Positions 38,067 to 46,795 of a stretch of 64,000 nucleotides of DNA are shown here, one piece after another. The DNA is from Pseudobdellovibrionaceae bacterium (lineage in GTDB: Bacteria; Bdellovibrionota; Bdellovibrionia; Bdellovibrionales; UBA1609), in assembly GCA_018663505.1 (NCBI GenBank), contig JABJQG010000046.1, positions 614 to 64,613 of the forward strand, in the 5' to 3' direction. The first letter of the stretch is position 1. Every line of letters begins with the position of its first letter. The position numbers were made by a program, and so were the translations under genes. The notes beneath the pieces were generated by a model. That model did no database searches. It saw only the letters and a program-made list of their open reading frames with translations, and was not told where the DNA came from.

Positions 38067-38990
38067 ATGATAAAAATAATTATAACAAATATTTTGTTAT
38101 TTTTTTTGATATCAACAGGTAGCACTGCCAAAGCAAAAATTGATGCTATTTATGGACAGGATGATCGAAAAGAAGTGTCAAGGATGGCGGAAGGGCACCT
38201 AAAAAACGCCTCTAGGTCGGTGGCCGCAATTATATACAGTGAAGACCTTCCTTTTGACTCCATTATAAATAAATATAGAATTAATAAAAAACAGTATGAT
38301 ACTAAGCTTTGTGAAGACCTTCCTTTTTCTCAACAAGTTTTTATTGCAGGATGTACCGGTTTTTTGATTCACCCTCAGCTTGTTGTAACAGCGGGGCATT
38401 GTATTTTTTCTCAAGAAGATTGCTTTAATTATTCATGGGTCTTTGATTACGAAATAGATTATTTGCAGACAAATGATTACTGGGTAGAAAAAGCTAATGT
38501 TTATACTTGTAAAAAATTACAAGCGCGTGAGCTGGATCCATCTACAGATATAGACTTTGCAATAATCCAATTAGACCGACCGGTGGTTGGAAGAGTTCCA
38601 TTAAGTTATCGTAAACAAGGTTCCATTGTTTTAGGGGAATCCATAACAATTATAGGACACCCCTTAGGTGTCCCTTTGAAATATTCAGATAATGCAATGG
38701 TGACAAACAATGTTTCAAAAAATTACTTTAGTTCAAACTTGGATTCATTTACTGGAAACTCTGGGTCTCCAGTATTTAATAATAAAAGCTTTGAAGTGGA
38801 AGGGCTACTTGTTCGTGGAGAGGCTGATTTTATTTATAATCGTAAAAAATCCTGTTTAGACTTAAAACGTTGTAGTAGTAAAAACTGTATGGGAGAAGAG
38901 GTTGTTCGGATGACAGCTATAAAATCTTCTATAGATAAGGCAATTAGGAATGTTGATTTAGAATTATTTAAAAAAACTCAAGTTTTTTAA
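38067..38990 (+). CDS. secreted trypsin-fold serine protease (V8/Glu-specific endopeptidase-like)
   Basis: Catalytic triad contexts VVTAGHC, DFAIIQLD and TGNSGSPVF. Signal peptide from ATG 38067 (the ORF is open from 38028). Confidence 0.85.
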   Translation: MIKIIITNILLFFLISTGSTAKAKIDAIYGQDDRKEVSRMAEGHLKNASRSVAAIIYSEDLPFDSIINKYRINKKQYDTKLCEDLPFSQQVFIAGCTGFLIHPQLVVTAGHCIFSQEDCFNYSWVFDYEIDYLQTNDYWVEKANVYTCKKLQARELDPSTDIDFAIIQLDRPVVGRVPLSYRKQGSIVLGESITIIGHPLGVPLKYSDNAMVTNNVSKNYFSSNLDSFTGNSGSPVFNNKSFEVEGLLVRGEADFIYNRKKSCLDLKRCSSKNCMGEEVVRMTAIKSSIDKAIRNVDLELFKKTQVF

Positions 38991-39050
38991 ATGATTGAGG
39001 TTGGTGTGATATGCAGTTAAGTGAGGAGATCCAAAAGACTCTGGAGTTTT

Positions 39051-39126
39051 TGGAGCGGGTGATGGGACTCAAACCCACGGCCTTCGCCTTGGCAAGGCGA
39101 CGCTCTATCAACTGAGCTACACCCGC
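39051..39126 (-). tRNA. tRNA-Gly(GCC): tRNA-Gly (anticodon GCC), CCA encoded
   Basis: Minus strand reads GCGGGTG-TA-GCTC-AGTTGATA-GAGC-G-TCGCC-TTGCCAA-GGCGA-AGGCC-GTGGG-TTTGAGT-CCCAT-CACCCGC-TCCA, which folds as a full cloverleaf. Confidence 0.95.
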
Positions 39127-39219
39127 AATTGAAAGAATGGCTAATCTATTTGGATTTTAGTTTGATGTCAAATACTAAAGTAAGAATAATTAAATATGGG
39201 CCTAAATATAAGAGCTTAG

Positions 39220-40476
39220 CTATTGAAATTTCAGCTTATAATATAGCTTATCTTTTTTTGTGATTAAAGTTAGGGCATCCTTTGAGAGTTCAAATTCACC
39301 TGTAAAACTATGTTCTTTAAAACGGAGACGGCTTAGTGCACGGCCAGTGGTTGGGTGAATCAAACATATTTTAGATAAACCGCAAGGGGCAGCAATAAGC
39401 TCAGCGGCAGCGTTGTTGGGATCTAATTTGTTCATAAAGCTTTTAGATATAGGCAAGCTAAATAGTTTTCCAACTTTAGAGTTTTCATTATACAATTTGA
39501 GTCTCCAAACTCTTTTTCCATCCTTGTGACTGATGGTTCTTAGGTAGTTACTCTCTAAAATCATGGCAATTAAATGGGTATTAGGCACTTTATAAAGTGG
39601 AGTGATGGGTTTCGATTGTAGGCTTATACGCCAGTTTTCTTTAAAATTTCTGCTGTCTAGTGATAACAGCTGGTTTTTAATATTTGTGAACAAGATTTCA
39701 TTTTCAAGTTCTTTAATGAGTCTAATATGCAAAATTTCTGAACTGTCATGTTTTACACTTGCATCGGAGAGAGACAAGATGACGTAGCCTTGGTCATGCG
39801 TAAGGAGAAGGCTTTTACTTGCATATAATCTTTTGGATCCTGTGATTTCATTAAATGAGTGAGTATAAATGTATGGTTTTGTTAAGGTGTTGTCGCTAAA
39901 TACGTGAACTTCATTTTTCTCATATCTTATCTCTATGTCATCATGGACTTCAGTTGGAATCTTGATTTCTGTAGGGTTTATAGCTTTTGAGAATTGAGGT
40001 GCCCCATTTTGCAAGTTGATTATGTAATAATAATTTGTGGAATAAAATGAAAGCCAATTTTGAGATTGCCTTGATGAGGGTTGGTCAATGAGCTCGTCTT
40101 TAGGCAGCTGAAATGTCCACTTTATTTCTGAATTACTGTTGTAAGATGTAATCTGATTACCTGAAAAATGAATATATCCAGACAATGATGGGTTGTAATT
40201 ATCAAAAGTGGACTCTTCCGTTTGGACTAGGTTTTTTTGTAACGGAATAATACTATTTGTTTCCGCTTTTATCTTATTTTTATGTGGCAAGAGTGACTTT
40301 TTTGAAAAGAGAAACTCATTTGGAAGGGACAAGCCCAGGTTGCCTTTAATTTTTACAATAGTCTTATCTGAAAAAGTGGTGGGATTTTTGTAGTAAATAG
40401 AAATACTGATAAGTACTAAGACTACAAGAAGTAAAAAAATCTTTAAATCAAGGTATCTTTCTTTATATGGATTCAT
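39220..40476 (-). CDS. hypothetical membrane-anchored or periplasmic protein
   Basis: 418 aa with an N-terminal TM segment (IFLLLVVLVLISISIYY). Overlaps the upstream gene by 14 nt. Confidence 0.65.
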   Translation of the reverse strand: MNPYKERYLDLKIFLLLVVLVLISISIYYKNPTTFSDKTIVKIKGNLGLSLPNEFLFSKKSLLPHKNKIKAETNSIIPLQKNLVQTEESTFDNYNPSLSGYIHFSGNQITSYNSNSEIKWTFQLPKDELIDQPSSRQSQNWLSFYSTNYYYIINLQNGAPQFSKAINPTEIKIPTEVHDDIEIRYEKNEVHVFSDNTLTKPYIYTHSFNEITGSKRLYASKSLLLTHDQGYVILSLSDASVKHDSSEILHIRLIKELENEILFTNIKNQLLSLDSRNFKENWRISLQSKPITPLYKVPNTHLIAMILESNYLRTISHKDGKRVWRLKLYNENSKVGKLFSLPISKSFMNKLDPNNAAAELIAAPCGLSKICLIHPTTGRALSRLRFKEHSFTGEFELSKDALTLITKKDKLYYKLKFQ

Positions 40477-41635
40477 TAAAATCCTCCATGCTTAAATGCT
40501 GTAAACTGCAAATGTCATGACTTCTGAAGGTAAGAAGTTTACTTGAGGGTTTGTTTTCCATCACTTCTAAGTGTGTGGACACCTTAGTCTTTGTTTTATT
40601 ACATAAGGACTTGCTGCTAAATACTTGTTTTAAAGGTAAACACTCGAAAGGGGTTATAGATTGAGAGATCACTTCCCTGTGAATACCTTTTGTAATGATA
40701 CTCACTTGTTTGCATAAATAAGACTTACTCTCTATAGCTTTAAAGGATAGGAAGTTAAGACGATTTGTGGTTGATTGAGAGTAGAAAGGAAAAATAAAAA
40801 TAGCTTGAGAAGCGATAACAAGTGCTAATGAGAAATATTTCCAAGCTTGGTTGGCTTCAGGGTTAAGGAAAGATATGTAGAGTTGATTTGTCTTAATGAG
40901 TTGATGCTCATGAATAAAAAAGAAAAGAGAGCAGGTTAATAAGGTGAAAGGAATTATTAGTATATAGTTATCAACAATGTATAGATAAAAGAACATGCTA
41001 AAAATGAGGCCTAGAACTCCAAATACATTATATTTGTTTTTATTGAAAAATAACAAGCTGAGGCTGGTTGCAACTACGAGGATGTAAAAATATGCGATAA
41101 CCTCTAGCAAGTTATAACTAATACTTATTTTGTCTTTAAGGGCCCAGCCGCTGAGCCAAGAGGTTTCAAAAAAACCAAGAAGGTGAGTAAATAAAAAGAT
41201 GATAATGGCATAAGGGAGTACTTTTTTTTTGTGTGGAAAAAATAAAAAGATAAAAATAAAAACAAACACGGCATTAAAAATATGATTTTGGTAACTGGTA
41301 TACCCTAGATAAACTGTGAAACTAAGAACAAAAGCTATGAGCAGTAAAGATATTGCTGCTAAAAAAAGTTTTTTAATGCCAAATAAAATCAAACTCATAA
41401 ATGAAAATATAAATGCTGCTTGAAGAGCCCACTGTCCATAAGTAGAAATGATATCTTGAATGCCTAGGCACGGCTTTGATGATCCGCAAAATGAAGCTTG
41501 GGGAGAAATATGAAAGTTAATGCTAAACAACAAACTGTAAACAACAGTGAGCAAACAAATATTTATTATCCAACCAAAGTTTTGATTAGAAAAGGACTGT
41601 TTGATTTCCCAGATAGAATTTTTAAAACTAAACAC
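40463..41635 (-). CDS. polytopic integral membrane protein, unknown family
   Basis: 390 aa with about 9 hydrophobic segments. Lies in an apparent operon downstream of pgsA. Confidence 0.7.
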   Translation of the reverse strand: MFSFKNSIWEIKQSFSNQNFGWIINICLLTVVYSLLFSINFHISPQASFCGSSKPCLGIQDIISTYGQWALQAAFIFSFMSLILFGIKKLFLAAISLLLIAFVLSFTVYLGYTSYQNHIFNAVFVFIFIFLFFPHKKKVLPYAIIIFLFTHLLGFFETSWLSGWALKDKISISYNLLEVIAYFYILVVATSLSLLFFNKNKYNVFGVLGLIFSMFFYLYIVDNYILIIPFTLLTCSLFFFIHEHQLIKTNQLYISFLNPEANQAWKYFSLALVIASQAIFIFPFYSQSTTNRLNFLSFKAIESKSYLCKQVSIITKGIHREVISQSITPFECLPLKQVFSSKSLCNKTKTKVSTHLEVMENKPSSKLLTFRSHDICSLQHLSMEDFNESI

Positions 41636-41653
41636 AGTGAGTATTCCCCGATT

Positions 41654-42220
41654 TTATTTGTTCTTATAATATCCAAAAGTATATTGTATTCCCGATATGA
41701 GACTTAATACTACGCTAATCCATAGCCCCCAGTATCCAATTTCTTGAATAGGTATATTGAAAAATAATCTTGGTTCAAATACAAATAAGCAGGGAATTGT
41801 CACCATTTGGATGGCTGTTTTGTATTTACCAAATGGTTTAGCAGCAATAATTACCTGGTTAGCTGCTGCCACAGATCGTAAGCCTCCGATATAAATATCA
41901 CGGGCAATAAGTATGGTGACCATCACTGGGCCCACTCGATCAAGATGTAGTAACATGATCAAAGCAACAAGAACTATGATTTTATCAGCAATAGGGTCCA
42001 TAAATTTGCCCATTGCTGATTCTGCATTATATTTCCGAGCTAAATAGCCATCCAGCCAGTCTGTGAGGGAAGCTATTATAAAAACAATGGCGGCTGGCCA
42101 TTGGCTCCAAGGTGTGCCCATTGAGAGCAAAACCATAAGAGGAACCGCTGCAAATATACGAGAATAGGTGGCTATCATAGGATAATGTTTTTGATATGAT
42201 GCATTCATGTGGGCAATCAT
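41654..42220 (-). CDS. pgsA: CDP-diacylglycerol--glycerol-3-phosphate 3-phosphatidyltransferase
   Basis: CDP-alcohol phosphatidyltransferase motif DGYLARKYNAESAMGKFMDPIADK. Size (188 aa) and TM layout are typical of PgsA. Confidence 0.85.
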   Translation of the reverse strand: MIAHMNASYQKHYPMIATYSRIFAAVPLMVLLSMGTPWSQWPAAIVFIIASLTDWLDGYLARKYNAESAMGKFMDPIADKIIVLVALIMLLHLDRVGPVMVTILIARDIYIGGLRSVAAANQVIIAAKPFGKYKTAIQMVTIPCLFVFEPRLFFNIPIQEIGYWGLWISVVLSLISGIQYTFGYYKNK

Positions 42221-42263
42221 AGAATGTATTGATCAATGAAATCAAGTCTTTTACTGTTAGTTT

Positions 42264-42965
42264 ATGCCCATGATGAGAATTACTTTTTTATTCCTGCTCA
42301 CTGCTTTAAGCTGTAGTGTGATGGCACGCTTATCTACAGACAAAATTCCACCAATGCTATTAAAACACGCAGCCTACTGGCGTGGCCACTTGAATTCAGA
42401 CTTCTTTAAGCAAAATCTTTTGCACCCTGACTTATGGAAAAAATCTAAAATTATCACTAGTGTAAAAATTCAAAAAAAGGAGTATGGTTTAAATGTTTTA
42501 CAACTAAAGTCAATAGGGGTGGTAAATGCGCCTATAATTTTTGTTTTTAAACATTTGCTTAGGTTTAAGGCCTATAAAGATTTCTCAATGTTTGTAACAC
42601 GGGTAAATCATTTGCCCTTAAAACAGCAATTTTATATAAGGTTTTCGGCGTTCAATTACGTTGCTGATTTAAAAATAAAGTATAAGACCAAATCAGGGGT
42701 AAATGACGAAAGGATTATCTTTGGTGAAGTTGTAGAAGGTGTATTTAAGGGATTACATTTTGAGTTAGTGAGTGTAGATTCATATACCTTAGACAAAGGG
42801 CGTCGAAGTACTAGAGTTCAGTTAAAAGCAGTGTATGGGTATGCTAAATTACCTATTCCTGAAATCTTTGTGAATTTTGGCTTTGAAGTGGTTATGGAGA
42901 AATTATCTGCCACTTTAAAGGCTCATATAGAAAGAAAATATAACCAGGCTCTTAAGAGCCAGTAA
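42264..42965 (+). CDS. hypothetical secreted protein
   Basis: 233 aa with signal peptide MPMMRITFLFLLTALSCSVMA. Confidence 0.6.
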   Translation: MPMMRITFLFLLTALSCSVMARLSTDKIPPMLLKHAAYWRGHLNSDFFKQNLLHPDLWKKSKIITSVKIQKKEYGLNVLQLKSIGVVNAPIIFVFKHLLRFKAYKDFSMFVTRVNHLPLKQQFYIRFSAFNYVADLKIKYKTKSGVNDERIIFGEVVEGVFKGLHFELVSVDSYTLDKGRRSTRVQLKAVYGYAKLPIPEIFVNFGFEVVMEKLSATLKAHIERKYNQALKSQ

Positions 42966-42975
42966 AGGATCACCC

Positions 42976-43941
42976 ATGGACAGAAATCTCGCGTTAGAAT
43001 TTGTAAGAATAACAGAATATGCGGCTTTAGCTAGTGCTCGCTTTACTGGTCGAGGAGACGAAAAAGCCGCGGATCAGGCAGCCGTAGATGCCATGAGAAA
43101 GGCCTTCGATAAGGTGAATATTGACGGCACTGTGGTTATTGGGGAAGGCGAACGTGATGAAGCACCCATGCTTTATATTGGCGAAAAAGTGGGCGTAGCT
43201 TTGGAGAACTCTCCTCAGGTGGATATAGCTTTGGACCCGTTAGAAGGAACAACCATTTGTTCAAAAGGAGGAGTGGGTGCTACTTCTGTGATTGCCATTG
43301 CACAAAAAGGACATTTTTTACATGCACCAGATACTTATATGTTTAAAATTGCTGTGGGCCCAAAAGCAAAAGGGGCCGTTAAATTTGAAAACACACCCAC
43401 AGAAAATATCTTAGCTTTATCAGAGGCTTTACATAAACCTGTAGATCATATTTCAGTGGCCATACTAGATCGACCAAGACACCAGGATATTATCGATGAA
43501 ATTAGGCAAACCAAAGCGCGTATTCATCTATTTGGTGATGGGGATGTGTCGGCGGGAATTGCAACATGTGAAGACAGTTCTGGAATTGATATGATGATGG
43601 GCATTGGAGGCGCACCAGAGGGAGTGATTACTGCGGCGGCCTTAAAATGTATGGGTGGTGATTTTTTTGGTAAACTGCATTTTAGAAATGATCATGAAAA
43701 GGAACGAGCTTCAAAAATGGGAGTCACTGACTTAGAAAAAGTATATACTTTGGAAGAAATTGCTAAAGGTGATGTCATGTTTTGTGCTTCAGGTGTAACT
43801 GATGGCCCTCTTCTAAAAGGGGTAAGAACTTTATCTGGTAATCAAGCAAAAACTTACTCCCTAGTTATGCGTTCAAAAACAGGAACAGTTCGCTATATAG
43901 AAACTCAACATAACCTAAACCTTAAGTCTTTTGCCTTTTAG
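42976..43941 (+). CDS. glpX: class II fructose-1,6-bisphosphatase
   Basis: MDRNLALEFVRITEYAALASARFTGRGDEKAADQAAVDAMR..., DPLEGTT and GIGGAPEGVITAAALKC are characteristic of GlpX. Confidence 0.9.
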   Translation: MDRNLALEFVRITEYAALASARFTGRGDEKAADQAAVDAMRKAFDKVNIDGTVVIGEGERDEAPMLYIGEKVGVALENSPQVDIALDPLEGTTICSKGGVGATSVIAIAQKGHFLHAPDTYMFKIAVGPKAKGAVKFENTPTENILALSEALHKPVDHISVAILDRPRHQDIIDEIRQTKARIHLFGDGDVSAGIATCEDSSGIDMMMGIGGAPEGVITAAALKCMGGDFFGKLHFRNDHEKERASKMGVTDLEKVYTLEEIAKGDVMFCASGVTDGPLLKGVRTLSGNQAKTYSLVMRSKTGTVRYIETQHNLNLKSFAF

Positions 43942-43959
43942 TATTGTCGGTTCAATTTT

Positions 43960-44244
43960 ATGAAATATAGTTGCTTTCATTGTGGTAATAGAGTGGAAAT
44001 CCCAAAAGAGTTTGCACGGCGAGAAGAGTGTCCTAGCTGCGGCTGGGATGTTCAGTGCTGTAAAAACTGTGAGTTTTTTGATGTATCTTCATACAATGAA
44101 TGCAGAGAACCCTCTGCCGAAGTAGAAAAAGAAAAAGAGCGAGCCAACTACTGCGACTATTTTAGTTTAAGTAGTGCTCACAAGGGGGCATCCGCAGAAA
44201 AAGAAGAATTGCTTTCTGCAGCAGAGGCTTTGTTTAAAAAATAA
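43960..44244 (+). CDS. small Cys-rich zinc-ribbon protein
   Basis: 94 aa containing CFHCGN...CPSCGWDVQCCKNCEFF...C...C. Confidence 0.6.
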   Translation: MKYSCFHCGNRVEIPKEFARREECPSCGWDVQCCKNCEFFDVSSYNECREPSAEVEKEKERANYCDYFSLSSAHKGASAEKEELLSAAEALFKK

Positions 44245-44610
44245 TGAATAGAAAGTAATTTCAGTTAACCTGAGCATTGGTGTGGGCGAATGCGGCTGCT
44301 GTTTTTATGGATTAAATTCAGATTTTAATCAGCCTTATTTGCTCACAAATTGCTGCGCAATTGGTCGAGCGTAATAATAAATTAAAGCTTTATTCCCTTT
44401 AAAGAGTTACAGCCAAGAGGCTCATTCTTATTCTCCCTTTTATATTTAGAATTAATAAGCCTATATCAGAATAAGATTATTGAAACATTATATTGTAACT
44501 AGTGTGTTTTAATATGAGGCAGCCCTCTACTGTAAATTTGTTAAACATTTGATCAGTGTCTAAGCCATCGTCAAATTATTAGCTTGAAGTGAATTGTATG
44601 GTCGATGGTC

Positions 44611-44626
44611 TGGCATCATCTGTGCA
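44611..44626 (+). promoter_or_regulatory. sigma-54-type -24/-12 box candidate in the operon leader
   Basis: TGGCATCATCTGTGCA with GG-N10-GC spacing. It lies 117 nt upstream of ATG 44743 and about 49 nt upstream of the mini-ORF at 44675. Confidence 0.35.
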
Positions 44627-44742
44627 ATTTAAATCTCAAGATGGTCTCGCCTAGACTTTAATTTAGGTTTTTATATGAGACAGCCGATAAAATATTTGCA
44701 TCAGAGTGGTACGGTAATTGAGCTCAAAGTCTGGGGGGATAG

Positions 44743-46755
44743 ATGAGGCAAGGTAAGTTTAAGAAACATTACTTTAAACAACAGGTATTAATGATATTTG
44801 TTGTTTCTCTATTGGTCATCCCTTTTCAGAATTGTGCCCCTGTGGGTGAAACGTCGGCTGATTTTGGCTCTGGAACAGATTCTATTAATGGAGTTAATGG
44901 AGCAGGTGACACTAATGTTGATGGAACAGATACGGGTGCAGGGACTGACACAGGGACAGGTAATAATACGGGAACAGGTAACGAAGAAATACCACCTGTG
45001 GAGGAGGTTGATCCTGTTCGTAAATTTGCAAATGATAGCGCACCAGTAATTGTATTTTCAGATGGTGGCCTTACTGATGATAATAGCGATGGTCTTGTGG
45101 ATTTTATTTTCTATTCAGGTGCTGATAATAATAGAAATTCAGGTACGACAGATGATGATTTTGCAGGAATAACAATTTCAGATGCTGATGGAAATGGATT
45201 AAATGCTGCCAATTGTGATGTGTACGAAAGTTCACAGTTATCATCAGGGGTAGTTACTAATGCTTCTGTAGTGCACTCTGAGGTAGGCTGCACTATTGCA
45301 GCAGGAACAATCACAATAACTGTTGGTAGCTGTGCAAATTTACCCAATCGACTAGATCGCTATAGTGATTTAAGAGTGCATCTGTCCGTGGATGAGTCTG
45401 ATGCTGGCGATGGAGTTGATGATGTATATGTTGCTTCTGCTGAGCTTACATCCACTAATCCGACAGTTGTTCAACCAAAGTCTTTTGATTTGGTTTTAGA
45501 TTTAGACTTAACTGTAGCAAATAATTGTATCAACGAAAGTGTTGTTAATCCATTAGACTTGGACGGTGCTAGCGGTGGAATTTTTGGTTCCAAGGTAGCT
45601 ATCTATGATAATTATGCAGCGGCATCTTCAAAAACAACTTCAGGTGTGATAGGTGGTATCTATATTTATGAAAGAGATAATTCTAATCCAAGTTTAGATA
45701 GTTTTGTCAGTGCTCCTACAAAAATAACGATAAAAGACATGGTAGGGGCTACCTATTATGATAATAGTGCGAACAATGCTGACGCATTTGAGATTTCAAG
45801 TCTTAGTATGTATAACGATGGTACAAATGATCTTTTGGCTGTGGGTATAGAGAAATACAATAACTGTTATGGAGTAGTTTACACTTACCTTAGGGGAACT
45901 GGTAACAACTGGACGCAAGCAGAGGCTATAACATTGTCTGGTGTGGCTACAGGGCTGGGTTGTGGAGCTCCTGCCGCACCCAAGTTCGGAGCATCATTAA
46001 GCTTGCATGGTTTAAAATTGGCCGTTGGAGCACCAAAGTTTGTCTCAGGAGTTGATGTGAACAGTGGGTTAGATATTGTCGGTCGAGTTACGATCTACGA
46101 TATTTCTAGTTTAGGAGTAACTTCAAATCCCCAAGCAAAAGATCCCATTGATCCTTTAACATCTTTTGGTGAATCAGTTTCAGTAAGAGATGGAAAGATT
46201 ATAATTGGGGCTCCAGCCTATAATCAACAAAGAGGGCGCGCCTATGTTTACGATATCGGCACAGACGCTGATTTAAATGTATTGCTAAATGAAGTTAGTT
46301 TAAGAGCAGCAAGCCAAGAATCTGGAGATTTATTTGGATCCGCTGTTGATATCAATGCTGGTATCGCTGTAGTTGGTACAGCAAAATCATCAGGTTCAGG
46401 CGAAGCTTTTATTTTTTCAGGTACAGATTATGGCACTCGTGTAGAAATATCTGAAGGTGCTCGCACATTCGGAAATGATGTTGCGATAGTTGGAGATAAA
46501 ATCCTAGTGGCTGATTATTTATCAGATGCCGTGAGATACTATCGTAATCCAGCTGGTAATCAACGAAGAATCATCGAGACAGACATGACCGATAACCCTA
46601 ATACAAAAGATTATGGCAGCTCCATTGCTGTAGATAGAGGCGGTGATTTAACTCCCACATTGTTTGTAGGAGCAAAAGGATCTTCAGATTTAGAAGGACG
46701 CGGTTTTTTTGAAGAATTACCAGCTATAGTTGGTGATGAAACTGAGGGTATTTAA
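44743..46755 (+). CDS. FG-GAP-like repeat (integrin-alpha-type beta-propeller) protein
   Basis: Signal/anchor region, then a G/T/D/N low-complexity linker. Repeats include FGASLSLHGLKLAVGAPKF, FGESVSVRDGKIIIGAPAY..GRAYVYD, FGSAVDINAGIAVVGTAKSSGSGEAFIF and YGSSIAVDRGGD. Confidence 0.75.
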   Translation: MRQGKFKKHYFKQQVLMIFVVSLLVIPFQNCAPVGETSADFGSGTDSINGVNGAGDTNVDGTDTGAGTDTGTGNNTGTGNEEIPPVEEVDPVRKFANDSAPVIVFSDGGLTDDNSDGLVDFIFYSGADNNRNSGTTDDDFAGITISDADGNGLNAANCDVYESSQLSSGVVTNASVVHSEVGCTIAAGTITITVGSCANLPNRLDRYSDLRVHLSVDESDAGDGVDDVYVASAELTSTNPTVVQPKSFDLVLDLDLTVANNCINESVVNPLDLDGASGGIFGSKVAIYDNYAAASSKTTSGVIGGIYIYERDNSNPSLDSFVSAPTKITIKDMVGATYYDNSANNADAFEISSLSMYNDGTNDLLAVGIEKYNNCYGVVYTYLRGTGNNWTQAEAITLSGVATGLGCGAPAAPKFGASLSLHGLKLAVGAPKFVSGVDVNSGLDIVGRVTIYDISSLGVTSNPQAKDPIDPLTSFGESVSVRDGKIIIGAPAYNQQRGRAYVYDIGTDADLNVLLNEVSLRAASQESGDLFGSAVDINAGIAVVGTAKSSGSGEAFIFSGTDYGTRVEISEGARTFGNDVAIVGDKILVADYLSDAVRYYRNPAGNQRRIIETDMTDNPNTKDYGSSIAVDRGGDLTPTLFVGAKGSSDLEGRGFFEELPAIVGDETEGI

Positions 46756-46795
46756 TAATAATTATTAAAATTAAAAATGTTTAAAGGAATGTGAA

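Noticed and set aside
38991-39060. Imperfect hairpin CCAAAAGACTC/GAGTTTTTGG overlapping the tRNA CCA end, as a bidirectional terminator
   Set aside because: The stem is short and bulged, and there is no clean T-run after it on either strand. This is too weak to report as a feature.
39051-39126. tRNA-Gly as the attachment site of a genomic island covering the neighbouring orphan or protease genes
   Set aside because: The window contains no integrase, recombinase or phage gene. I found no direct repeat of the tRNA 3' end in the flanking DNA by eye, so this cannot be supported.
44683-44690. Exact GCCGATAA (sigma-28 -10 consensus) in the FG-GAP operon leader
   Set aside because: The tetramer at the N15 position is TAGG rather than TAAA. 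The octamer lies inside the MRQP mini-ORF (codons CAG CCG ATA AAA), and a single 8-mer match is expected by chance in a window of this size.
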